The notes beneath the pieces are model-generated. The model saw only the letters and a program-made list of their open reading frames with translations, had not been told where the DNA came from and made no database searches. A program made the translations under genes and the position numbers. Shown one piece after another: positions 1 to 11,440 of a stretch of DNA of 64,000 nt. This DNA comes from Haliotis cracherodii (taxonomy: Eukaryota), in the NCBI RefSeq assembly GCF_022045235.1, contig NW_027266275.1, positions 3,844,001 through 3,908,000 on the forward strand, given 5' to 3'. Every line of letters starts with the position of its first letter. Position 1 is the first letter of the stretch.

Positions 1-3000
1 ATAACATCATCAAGAATGTCCTCACTTTCATCCGGTTCACCCTCAATGTCCTCTTCAAACAATTCTTCTTCATCATCCTCTTCCTCTCCTTCCTAATGCC
101 GGGGAATAAACAATGTTATCACCCTAAACTGACTTCCATGGGAAATACCACCACAATGAAACTGTATCACTGGTATGATGTCATCAGTTACCATGACATC
201 ACAATCAAATGATATCAATCAAACTCATTAATTCCTAGTACTATTGCTGTTTACAAACTGAAAAACGTGGAAGAATGATTTGGGATGATAGAATCTCACT
301 CTCATGTCTTTTTATATTAAAAAAATAGCCTTAGAATTATAAACTTTAAACAATTTGTTTTTATACATTTGATATCAAAAGATATGTTGACACATCAAAA
401 GGCAAAATCATTCACCCACAGCCCTCTATACCGGTAAGTTCTTTATTGTTCTTAAGTTTTCACTTCTCTAATGTATGTAAAAGGTTTATCAAGCCTGTGT
501 TAAAATGCTGAAATAATTGCATCAACATAATGTTTCTAAGGAAAGTAAGATGAAACGACAAACACTTACCTCTCCCTTTGGTTTTTCTTTTAATCCTGAA
601 ACAAACAGAATATTGAACACATGTTCATATTTTTTTCAAAGTACATGAGATAAAAATAAAGTTCTGCTTATTTACCATGCTTATTGAATTACATTACACT
701 CCTTATACTTACGAGTACTTTTCTTTTCTTCTGCCTTTTTGGGTGTAGCATCCGAGACTGCAAATGTGTACTCATTTGGGTCCTGCCCTTCGTCCTCTAG
801 TGCCTGGAACAGATTGGTAACACTTTACCCTCACCGTCGTATTTTTCCCTAGAGAGATCCTGTAGTACTTCTCACGTGTCAAGATATATCACAGAACCAC
901 TTGTCCAAGCTTCAGACTATTTGTATTTATCTCATGGTGTCTACCCCTCAAAGTTTAATGAGAATGGTTGTTGTTTAATGCCGCACTCGGCAATATTCCA
1001 GCAATATGACTGCGGTCTGTAAATAATTTAGTCTGGACCAGACAATCCAGTGATTGATATCACGAGCATCGATCTACGTAATTGGGAAACAAAGTCAGCC
1101 AGTCTGACCACCCGATCCTGTTAGTCGCATCTTACGACATGCAGAGTCATCTCATACGGCAAGCATGGGTTGCTGAAGACCTATTCTAACCTGGATCTTC
1201 ATAGGTAAGCTCAGTTAGCGAAAGCTGGAGTCATTCTTTACTTTCATGACACGTCATAAGAGGGAGTGAGAAATACTGCAACTTTTAGTAGCTGGTGTCA
1301 ACTATCTAAGGTAGCCTAGGGACATGTAGAACCCGATATGGATACTGATAAGCTATACCAAACCAAGAAACAATGAAGTCATTCTGAGATATTGGTAGTG
1401 TTAAGTTTCCAAACCAATCAAAGCCAGACTTAAGGATGAACGAAACTACACCACATGTTGTTGGGTCACACTGAAATGTATATAGTTTAATACCAGTTGA
1501 TGACGGATGGATATTTTTGGTATTATTTAATTTATTTCACACTTTAGTGGGTTGCTGTCATTACGAATTAATACAGTTGTTATTCGCTTTTTCAGATACT
1601 TGCGTTATGAAAAAAATAAACGAGTTTCCAGGTATCTCAATTCCTTGTTAACCGAGTGGGTTGCTGTCATTACGAATTAATACAGTTTTTATTCGCTTTT
1701 TCAGACACTTGCGTTATGAAAATAATAAACAAGTTTCCAGGTATCTCAATCCCTTGTTAACTGACCAGAATTACAAAATTCTACCGAAGCAATTTGAAAA
1801 TTGAATGGCAGAAGTATGATTTATGAAGGATCTACCGATTGATAAATAAAATACATTGTGCTACAGACCTACACAGCATGCTCTGACAAGGCTGTTCATT
1901 ATTGAAACAGCTGGAGTTGGAAGAAATGCATATTATGCCTAGTTTAGATAATAAACTTGTTTTGTATACAGATGTGATGGAGAGATTGGTACAACCTGCA
2001 GCACGTAAACATAAATTATAGCTATGTTTCTCATATGTGAAAATGTAATCAAGAAACATATTATGCACAAAAGAACCTTTTGAGGATGAAATCCTCTTTA
2101 TGCAGTGTTTATGATTGTGAAAGTAAGATGAGTGGTTCAGGGTTGGGATGAAACTGGTGTTATCAACTGGAGCTTGTACGACATGATGTAAACATGGAGA
2201 ATGAGAGGGGGCTGAAATTAATGAGTTAGAGAGACGCAGGGAGGATGATAGATGTTTTTTCTCAACATCACGAGTGCACACACTATTAATCCCCTTGTTG
2301 ACAATCACAGGTCCATTACTCTGTGGGTGAGGCGTAACTATAGCGAAGGTGGAGTAATCATTTAAGCACCATGACAACACCACAAATTAAATATTTTAAG
2401 AGGGTTGTCTTTAAAGAAATCTATGCATATATTATGTTCTTATGGATATTTTCAGGTACAGGTTATGTAAATGTGCATGACTGCATATTCTTAACTATTC
2501 GATTCCAGTGGTCACGAATAACGAATTCAATTCATGATGGATACGGTTCAATTCCTCGAATATGCGAGTGAATCTTAACAGTCCTAATTGTTACCTGTGG
2601 TTGCAGCCTTAGAAATTGTGACAACTCCTATAGTCCTTGACAAACTGCCCAATAGTTAAGGTATCATAAGGACCAGTAGAAATTTGCCATTTTTGAGGGT
2701 TTTGCTATATGTTATGATTATAAGGACTAGTGGAGTAAAAGGAGTAAAAATGTTAGTTTCTACCGCTAGGTTGTTGAAATGTGCAATTTGTTCGATGTTT
2801 AAGGATTGCTTTCATTCTCAAATTCGAGGTTTAAACATATTAAAGAACACAAATGCAAGCTGACTATTCTTCTGCTTGTTTTGGGCTTCATCACAGTATT
2901 TTTCGAAAAGTGACCGTCACGTGCGACTATATTATAGCCTATAACTGAAGTAGCATCAAACAAACATGGCGGATGGCTAAAATGCATGGGTCGAGTACAA

Positions 3001-3337
3001 TTTATTGTCTTCAAACGACCATGTTAAGGCTGTGCAGTTGGCATGTGAGAGCCAGCAAGTGTGATGTACCTATATACTAGCCGTGATAGTGTTCATATTG
3101 GTAGTGAGGGTTTGGGGGAGAGGGCGCATGTGACCTAATTTGACTGTCAAACGACTTCATTGAACATTCTAGCTGCTGCGTACGCACACGATTAATTAAT
3201 CCTTTAAAAATCACCTTTGCAAGCCTTTCGTGTAATACAGCTTTCACACCAGCTTTGTCTAAACCCCGTGTCTCTAATTCCTGACGTAAATCAACAACAC
3301 GCAACTCAGAGAGCTTCTTGTCGCCTTGTACCGCCAT
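1..3337 (-). CDS. Scaffold attachment factor B / SLTM-like SAP-domain protein, 5' exons (gene continues beyond window start)
   Basis: Exons 3337-3215, 803-713, 595-570, 92-<1 joined by GT-AG in consistent phase: MAVQGDKKLSELRVVDLRQELETRGLDKAGVKAVLHERLAK|ALEDEGQDPNEYTF...|RLKEKPKGE|EGEEEDDEEELFEED. An N-terminal SAP motif (L..L.V.DL+..L..RGL...G.K..L..RL) followed by an acidic region is typical of SAFB/SLTM. Confidence 0.85.
966..1201 (-). mobile_element. SINE family A copy
   Basis: Dispersed repeat (gttgtttaatgccgcactc...ccagacaatccagtgattgatatc...gttagtcgc.tcttacgac...gggttgctgaag) also found at about 12522, 14918, 30642, 33345 and 34100, with an (AAAC)n-like tail. Confidence 0.75.
1547..1761. 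repeat. ~110-bp direct tandem duplication (2 copies)
   Basis: gtgggttgctgtcattacgaattaatacag...ccttgttaac occurs at about 1547 and about 1657, nearly identical. Confidence 0.85.
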
Positions 3338-3340
3338 CTT
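3331..3340 (-). promoter_or_regulatory. YY1-type motif AAGATGGCGG overlapping the SAFB-like start codon
   Basis: The plus strand reads ccgccatctt, the canonical YY1/Kozak-overlapping motif of housekeeping genes. Confidence 0.45.
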
Positions 3341-3540
3341 GTTGCAGCGATCTTGACGAAGTGCCCGGATGAAGCAGGTGCCCCTATTTCTTGACTGGTT
3401 CCCTGCCCCAAATGCTTCACCTCAGCCCGCTAGCTTGCACAGACTTATGTGGTGTGCGCAACAGAGATAGGGGACCAGTCTAGGATACTTCCAAACGACC
3501 TTGGGCCCAAACGGTTATGATCTAAAACGTACCACTTACT

Positions 3541-3673
3541 NNNNNNNNNNNNNNNNNNNNNNNNNNNNNNNNNNNNNNNNNNNNNNNNNNNNNNNNNNNN
3601 NNNNNNNNNNNNNNNNNNNNNNNNNNNNNNNNNNNNNNNNNNNNNNNNNNNNNNNNNNNNNNNNNNNNNNNNN
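3541..3673. other. Assembly gap (Ns)
   Basis: Run of N. Confidence 1.
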
Positions 3674-4197
3674 TACTTGGGAGACAAGCGTGACATTTCG
3701 AAAGCGAGATCCGCATATTTGCCATGTTTTTTCCTGTTTCTTGTCAATCACATTAGTTCCAAAAGGGGCAGAAAATTCAATACTATAAACGATTTCATTG
3801 GATTTATCAGAAAAGACAAGATCAGGCTTGTGGGCCTCGATAGGTCCGAGGCTGTATACGGGCCTATTCCATAGAAGTTTGTATTTATCATTTTCCTTGA
3901 CGCCCTCTACACATTCTGGGTCGTCCCATGGATGGACCTCTGTGTCAAAACCACAAGCATGGCGAAAACGGTAATAAAAGGATCGAGCCACTCTATCATG
4001 TCGCTTAAGATAGTGTGTTTGTCTCAAAGCTGGACATCCACTGACAATGTGCTGGACAATCTCATTAAATTCATTGCACAATCTACACTTCCCATTTACA
4101 TTTTGATGCAAAATCACACATTGACAGTTTCGAGTGGGAAGTGACTGGTACCGGGCAGCCAACAGAATGCCCTCTGTTTTACTATTCAGGCCAGGGA
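3674..4197 (-). mobile_element. Non-LTR retrotransposon 3' fragment with CCHC knuckle and restriction-like endonuclease (R2/R4/NeSL group)
   Basis: ORF contains CRLC...EIVQHIVSGC...YLKRHDRVA...HKPDLV...SIEFSAP, i.e. the CCHC, RHD and PD-(D/E)xK motifs of RLE-type LINEs. Runs into the gap. Confidence 0.85.
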
Positions 4198-4435
4198 TGA
4201 GATCATGTGCAACTGAGAGAAATACATTGGAAAGACTTCACATCCCTTAGCCAACAGAATTCAAGAACACGGGACCACTGTTGCCAAATCTGTCCTTTCG
4301 GAACACCTCATCAACAATCCTGAACGCGATACTTCCTAGCAACAAACCAAGATTCTCCACACCAACAACCACTGGAAAAATAGGAAACTTCAAGAAACTT
4401 TAGAAATCAAAATAAACAAGCCAGCTGTTAACATA
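4198..4435 (+). mobile_element. Penelope-like element remnant (GIY-YIG endonuclease)
   Basis: Decayed frame EKYIGKTSHPLANRIQEH...RKLQETLEI...KPAVN. Clearly related at the DNA level to the fragment at about 63600-63870. Confidence 0.75.
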
Positions 4436-5569
4436 ACATCTCAATTCGTAGTGAAAACTTTTCTATAAACAGTCAGTACACGCAATAGGCAATCACGTAA
4501 CCAATTTTAATGAGACTGTCACGTAACAGACAGTGTATTCAGTAATTTAGGCACCAAGGCCCATATTACAATGCAGATTGGATATTAACATTTGTCACGT
4601 GATATACATTATTAGATTTTAAATCAAGTTACACATTTCTCATTATAAAGATATGTTTTAAAAATCGTTCAATCAATCTGGGTCAGACAAATCAATGGCC
4701 GTAACTGTTAGCAATGATCAATGGCGTACAGGAGTGGGAGTTCTTGGGACCAACCTTGCTCGTGTCCAAAGGACTGGGACCGAAAAACTTGATGGATGAC
4801 AATTTCAGTGTTAAATCTCGCCCTTGTTTAATCGGTTAACCAGTGGTCTATTGCACCATGCAGAGTGTGATCGATGTAGTGTAAGGCAGGATAAATACGT
4901 TGATTGTGGGTTCTACTCCCAGGTTAAGCTCATCTGTAAGGCAGCCTGGTATCGGCGATCGTAGACTTCACTATATTAGTAGTGCGGCGACACCGCGGTC
5001 GTCCCTGAAACGCCGTTAAACGGAGAATCTCACCTCGACGAGTGACGATATATTTGATGTCAAAAGACGCGTGGATGAGATTCTATTTATCAATTTATTA
5101 GTTAATACTTCCAACTTCTTAAGGCTTGTAACGGTTATACCCCAGTCATTAATGTAAAACGTACAGCTAACCAGCTTCAGTGGCTGGGAGATTAGTGATG
5201 TTATTTGGTTGTGACGTCGGATGGTAACCGATGGCCTGCATTGTGATGTAATTCCACCGTAGCGATATCCCCATACAGCTTGATCTCACCAAGCGATATA
5301 CCCCGTGGAAGCCAACTTGGGATGATAAATGACTGAAACGCTATTCATAACGGAGTTAAACCCGTCCCTCTCTCTCACTCACTCACACATTCTTCGCCAA
5401 CGGTGAATCGCCAGAACATGGGTATTTAGATGTTAACAATGTATCCCATTTATGACGGCTTTATTGCATTGACTTGTGTGCACAAGTTTCAAGAAATCTA
5501 TAATGCAGTGATGACAATTCTTTCCACTTACATCTTTAAACATTTGTTTGCGCTTTGTATTGCTGCACC

Positions 5570-5578
5570 TCACGTGAC
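5570..5578 (+). promoter_or_regulatory. E-box/CLEAR-like TCACGTGAC about 75 bp upstream of the isomerase ATG
   Basis: Motif match only. Confidence 0.3.
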
Positions 5579-5651
5579 CTCATGAGTAGATCAACAGAAG
5601 CGCGTGATCTCGTTCGCAGTCGAGGACGAGAGCTCAAAGTCTGGACCCGCA

Positions 5652-7099
5652 ATGTCTGGCTCGCTGATCGAAGTGGAGTTTACTCCAGAGAACATTGCAA
5701 TTATTCACATGAAGGGAGAGCATAATCGTTTTAATCCTGAATTCATTGACGCTTTCTGTGCTGCTCTTGATACCGTTGAGAGGTATGTTGAGTGTCGTGC
5801 ATACTGTATAGTGATGTTTTTAGTTGAAAATAACCGATCACATTTATAAATCCTGACTACAATAATATTTTGTATTGACCGTCGTTATCTTTTAATGACA
5901 GTGTCTCCCGGTAACCGAATTGTGATATTATGTTCCTTATCTATATTCACATTCAATTCGGTTTATTTTCGTAAGACCGCCTCCTTGGTCAAGTGGTAGA
6001 GCGTCCGCCCGGAGAGCGGAAGGTCCGGGGTTCAATCCCCGACCGCGTCATACGAAAAGACGTTAAAAGATGGTACTTGTTGTTACCCTGTCTGGCGCTT
6101 GGCATTATGGGGCTAAAACAAGGACTGGTCGGCTCGGAGTCAGTATACTGTGTCTGAGTGGGGTACTCATGTTAAACTGCGGCATGGTATCTCAGTGAGC
6201 TAGCACTATAAATTGGCATCAGTCCGGACTAGTACAAGCAGCCACACACACAAACACACACACGTACAGACACGTCGCTATATAAGTGCAATAATCTTGG
6301 ACGCGACGTTAAACCCCATTTCACCTCACCTCACCATTTTCGTAAGTGTAGGCCATCGGCCCATAGTTACATTTGTATTACAATGGATGTGATGTACACA
6401 GCTGTTATTGTTGTGACAATAATGTACTACGAAGTGACATTGCTTGGTAGATATAGATAGCTAGACATTCAATTAATTTACAATCAGTTGTAGACATAAT
6501 GATATCAAATTTTTGTTTGGTCGGATATTCACAATATTTTCTATCTGTACTGAAGTCGAATGGAATTCGTTTGAGAGAACTTCAGGTGTCAAGCAGAGAA
6601 ATCGGTCGGGTCATGGCCTAACGGGAGGCAACTCCGCATCCGCCCTTAATCATTCACGATTTTCCGGTCTATCTATCAAAACAGAACAGCACCAAAATAA
6701 CTGATTCTCCAGAACGGCCTCAACGTTTCCTCAAATCTGATTGCGTATAGAATTGCTCATCAAATGATAACAAATGTGTTCAAACTAAAAGATGTTCAAA
6801 AAGTGCTTATTTCAATCAAACTCTGCCTGTTGTTTTAACAAAAAACCGCCCCCCTCCTTATGAAAACCAATGTACTATGTTGTAGCCAGTACATTTATCT
6901 GAGAGAGGCTATTTATATCATTGACCTCTCCCTTTTAACAATGTTGGGTCCGTCCTGGCAATAACGTACCGTTAAAGACTTTGTGAAAACTAGACACCAC
7001 TTGTCAAGACGACACAGTAAAGCACATCCTCACAATCGTCAAAATGAAGTTACCATCTTTTCCTTTGTGTTTTGCAAACCGTATAAAAATTAACCATTA

Positions 7100-7166
<67 letters not shown>

Positions 7167-9474
7167 CGACTACGTTCTGTTGCAGGAATCCGACGTGTCG
7201 AGCCCTGATAACCACGGGGGAAGGACGATTCTTTAGCAATGGCCTTGACCTTGAGTACATGATGTCTTTAGACGGAAGTGGGTTATCAAAATGGATGACC
7301 AGGATCCAGGGTTTCCTCTACAGAGTCGTGACATTTCCTATGCCAACAGTTGCCGCCATCAATGGTAAAACCATTACTTTGCATGTTGAAATGAGTATGT
7401 TAAAATCTGACGTTATCTGACGTTATTTCAGCCATTACATGTTGAAAACATGGGTTGACTGGTTGGTCCTCGGAATCTTTATAATGCGTTTCTATTTAGG
7501 TTTATCTCTTAACCTGACAAGTGTGGATATGCTAACATGACAATTTTCAGGACGAGGTGTCGGGGTCTAAGTGAATGACAGCGTCACTTCTGTTTGTAGG
7601 TCACGCGTTTGCAGGCGGTGGGTTTCTGGCTATGTCACACGACTTCCGGGTGATGAGGAAAGGTCAAGGCTGGATCAGCTGGAACGAGATTTTCATCAAG
7701 ATTAGATTCTCGGATTTTCTTATGGAAATATTCAGGTATAATAAGAAACGTCAACGCCAGAAAACGATTCCACTGACAAATTATTATGAATGGGTCACTG
7801 AAAATGATGACACCAGGTGTCCCGCCCTTCCATTAGCCACAAGGCTGTTCACAATGGACTATGCCATTATGGTTGCAGTTGTATTTGAACCCCATGATCA
7901 AGGACAATAATCGGGACGGATCTCAGATTCGAGAACATGATCAGTGGAACTGGACACGTGTTCCTCCCTGCACATTGGAATACAGAACAATCCCCGAAAC
8001 CACTCGGGTAACTCCACAACCGCAATCATTACTATGATTGGATGAGCCGTGTGCCCACGAAGAGATCAGCTGCCATATTGCTTTGGATGATAGATTACTT
8101 CGTTGTTGCACGTAGCCTTTGTTAGATCATGCAAACCTCCAATACTGGATTCTCAGTGCATCGTTTGACAGTGCCACAGGATCATAAAAAGTCCCGAGCT
8201 ACACACAAGTATGGAATGAGACGTGTTTTCTTACAAGATCCTATCAGTGAACTGATACCGAGGACGCCAGATGTATAATAACTAGTTACGTGTAGTAGAG
8301 TGTCCATTTGAATGTGGTTTCCCTGCCTCGCGCTTGACATTGAGGGGATGAAGGAAGGTTCGGGGCCTGTATGCTGTGTCGGAGTTGGATATCCATGTTT
8401 AACTGTGGCATGATATCTCAGCAGGCTAGCACTATAAAACAGGCATTGTTCCGGACTAATCCAAGCAGCCAGAAGCCATCTTCCCGAGGCAAGAGAGTTA
8501 ACTGACTATAAAAGTACAGTTTCCACCCTTGCCGAACTAGGCTGGTATTATGGAGTTACAGTTTGGCTGGACTAACGAGTCTATGCATAGTCCAATCAAA
8601 ATCGCGCACCGAAATCGAAATCCGGTTCGTAAACCGTCGTGGAGATTTCGGTCGATTGCAGGATTTGCAATGCATGTTCACCGCCAACTCGTTGTTAGCA
8701 GATATGTTCCAAATCTTTTTATTTTTTTAATCAAGGTGCTCGCGTGATTTGATGCATTTCGCGATGTAAGACCTGTTTTATCACAAAATAGATCTTGATT
8801 ATCGATCAGATCGTCCTGACTGAGCGCCACCATTTTGTGTGAAGCAAACGCAAGTGATACGAGAGGTGGAATCTGATTGGTCCATAGGAGAGGCTTAGAA
8901 GGGACATAGCTGGTAATAGCCGCTGGTGGCGCTACGATCGAGCCCAGGAATTCCAGCCTAGTTCGGCAAGGGTGGAAACTGGACTTTTAAAGTCAGTTAA
9001 CTCTCTTGCCTCGGGAAGATGCCACAAGCACGTATCACGCACACATACATGCACGTCTCCATGTGACATCACCTCAACCCATTTGACTGAGATAAATGTA
9101 GACACAATAACAAAACCATATCGTTATACCCATATTAGTCCAAACAAACTTAACTGTGCCCTGGTTTGATGTAAGACATGGCTTATCCTCCTAAATTTGG
9201 CTCCACGTGTCTTTTTTGTAGGTGCAAGGTTCCCAATGGATCAGCACAGTTACAGGCTGTAGTTCTGGGCGCAAGGTTCACTGCTGAGGAGGCGGCTAGG
9301 TACGGCATCATCGACGTCGCTACCGCCCCCGAGACGATGATGCAGGAAGCTGTGACTGTGGCGAAGAAAACCCTAGGGCGTCAACCGTATGACCGCGAGA
9401 CGGTGACGCAGTTTAAAGCGGACCTGTACAGTTCACTGAAAGATAAAGTAGCCTTTAGAAGGCCTCGATTGTAA
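5652..9474 (+). CDS. Enoyl-CoA delta isomerase (crotonase superfamily), probably peroxisomal, 232 aa
   Basis: Exons 5652-5782, 7186-7364, 7600-7735, 9222-9474 (699 nt, phases match). Motifs NRFN, GRFFSNGLDL, PMPTVAAINGHAFAGG, FTAEEAARYGIID. C-terminus is RRPRL* (PTS1-like). Confidence 0.9.
5975..6334 (+). mobile_element. tRNA-derived SINE family B, full-length-looking copy
   Basis: A box tggtcaagtggt, B box ggttcaatcc, body ggctaaaacaaggactggtc..., tail (tcacc)n. Other copies at about 40015, 48485 and 8310. Confidence 0.8.
7103..7161. repeat. (TA)n microsatellite
   Basis: Pure TA run just upstream of the exon 2 acceptor. Confidence 0.95.
8477..9021. mobile_element. MITE with ~70-bp TIRs and 8-bp TSD, inserted in a SINE B copy
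   Basis: Left end catcttcccgaggcaagagagttaactgact...gccgaactaggctgg is matched by an inverted right end. Flanks are ccagaagc / ccacaagc. SINE B sequence continues on both sides. A second copy lies at 60528. Confidence 0.9.
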
Positions 9475-9495
9475 ACACAGAAGTATATTTCGTTT

Positions 9496-9614
9496 GTGTG
9501 TGTGCGTGCGTGCGTGCGACTAGGTAGGCATGTATGTTTCCATGAGTGTGGGTGGGCGTGCTTGCGTGCGTGTGGGTGGTGGGTGTGCGTGCGTACTAGC
9601 GTGCGTGCGTGTGT
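9496..9614. repeat. Degenerate (TG/CG)n microsatellite in the isomerase 3' region
   Basis: tgtgtgtgcgtgcgtgc... runs. Confidence 0.7.
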
Positions 9615-9823
9615 CAATAGTTTGGTTTAGGTAGGGATATACGTTTATCCGCATGTAATGTTTCTACGTGTGTCCTGACTCAGTATGGGAGGTATGCGGC
9701 AATCCTTGCACCTAGAACTAGAGACAATGTGTCGACCACATGTGCAGATGCTGGTACAAATGGTATGGTTGGTGCCGCATCCCTACGCCAGGACTGATAC
9801 TATAATTACGGGGGGTGATGTGG

Positions 9824-9978
9824 NNNNNNNNNNNNNNNNNNNNNNNNNNNNNNNNNNNNNNNNNNNNNNNNNNNNNNNNNNNNNNNNNNNNNNNNNNNNN
9901 NNNNNNNNNNNNNNNNNNNNNNNNNNNNNNNNNNNNNNNNNNNNNNNNNNNNNNNNNNNNNNNNNNNNNNNNNNNNNN
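9824..9978. other. Assembly gap (Ns)
   Basis: Run of N. Confidence 1.
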
Positions 9979-10639
9979 GAGTAAGATTGAACACAGTTTT
10001 AATATATGTATTAAGATCATAATTTGTCTTTATCAACTGGATTGTTGATGTCTGAAATAAATCGCAATCAAGCAAGGAATTAGCATTTATGTTTTTTTCT
10101 TAATGTCAGGATTGGAGATTATATCCAGACATTATCAACAACATGATAGAACAGAACAGACACGCATGATAACCGACGCACCTTAGGTTTAGACCAAAAC
10201 ACGAGGTTGTGAAGAATTCCTTAGGGTTGGGGTCTTCTCACATTCCCATAAAAGTGCGTAAGAACTTGACAATTTGTTCGTCAAAACGTGAGGAACATGC
10301 GGCGATATTATTTTGATTGCTACTAGAAATGACACACACCTTTATAAAATGAATATTAAAAAGCCCCCGTGCCGTACAGAAATAATTCCTCTCAAAATGA
10401 TCAAACGTCCTATGACGTTACTAAAATGTTTAAAGAAAAAGATGTTGACAATCTGTTCTTGCATTTTGAAAATGTGGTAACAAATTTTGAAGAACTGATA
10501 CAATAAGATTGTCTTGTCGCTTTGATATACACTCTTCAAAAAGGGCAAACATCCGGCAAATGAATAGGATACATGTTATTGGAAAATATTGGTGGCCTGA
10601 AAACGCAGCCATTGTCGATTTGCAATGTTTTAAACAGCA

Positions 10640-11285
10640 TTGTTTTTACACTTGTTAAAAAATGTCATGGAGGAAAACAGTAAAGCAAAATGCACGTGCA
10701 AGTTATGGCATTCGTAACTCGTGGTAGTGGCTATAAAAAGACAAGCATAAGCCAATAATTTGTCATTCAATAGTCAACATTTTTCAATTTCGAAAATACC
10801 GAGACTCAGCGCTGCCGATCGGAACATCGCCATAGGACATAACCAAAGTGGGCAATCGCAGTTTTCTGTTGCACGCCACTTCAACGTCCACCACAGCACC
10901 ATTTGCGACCGATACATACAGTAACTGTTCAATTCCACTGCAGACCGTCCGAGAGCCGGCCGACCAAGAGTTGCCACCCCTGCACAGGATCGCTACATTC
11001 GACTGTTCCACCTACGTCATCGCAATGCCAGAGCTACAGAGACTGCAGGATATCGGACCAGACTGTCAGGAACCATCTCCGCGAGGCTGGAATCCGACCC
11101 AGAAGACTAGTTATCGTCCCTGTTTTGCGACAGATCCAACGACAGCGACGCTTGCATTGGTGCCATGCCTAACAGCCTTGGAATTTGAGAAACTGGAGAC
11201 GAGTGTGGTTTAGCGATGAATCACGATTTCTTCTTCACCGGCGAAATGGAGGACAACGTCTTTATCGTCGTCGAAATGAGCGTTT
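10640..11285 (+). mobile_element. Tc1 transposon remnant, N-terminal half of transposase (frameshifted)
   Basis: Mixed frames give PRLSAADRNIAIG...VARHFNVHHST...DRPRAGRPRV...QTVRNHLREAG...WRRVWFSDESRF...RRRNERF (paired HTH, GRPR and the first catalytic D). Confidence 0.85.
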
Positions 11286-11440
11286 TTTTCATTGTAGCTA
11301 GATGTTTTTCATTTTTAAAAATCAGGATCTTAATTCTGAATTAAAAAAAAATGTCTGGTTTTGCTGCTGAACTTGATGAAGTTGAATATTTAATCTCAAT
11401 ACAAAATCAGTGTTTAAGACCAGCAATATATAGGCTTATA

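Noticed and set aside
3363-3430. GCCCGGATGA, identical to the start of tRNA-Sec
   Set aside because: The match stops after 10 nt. No UCA anticodon arm or T arm follows.
3501-3788. ORFs spanning N runs (also 9685-10075)
   Set aside because: Artefacts of translating assembly gaps.
5975-6050. Apparent tRNA genes at SINE heads (also 27550-27620, 40015, 48485)
   Set aside because: A and B boxes continue into multi-copy SINE bodies, and the cloverleafs are imperfect.
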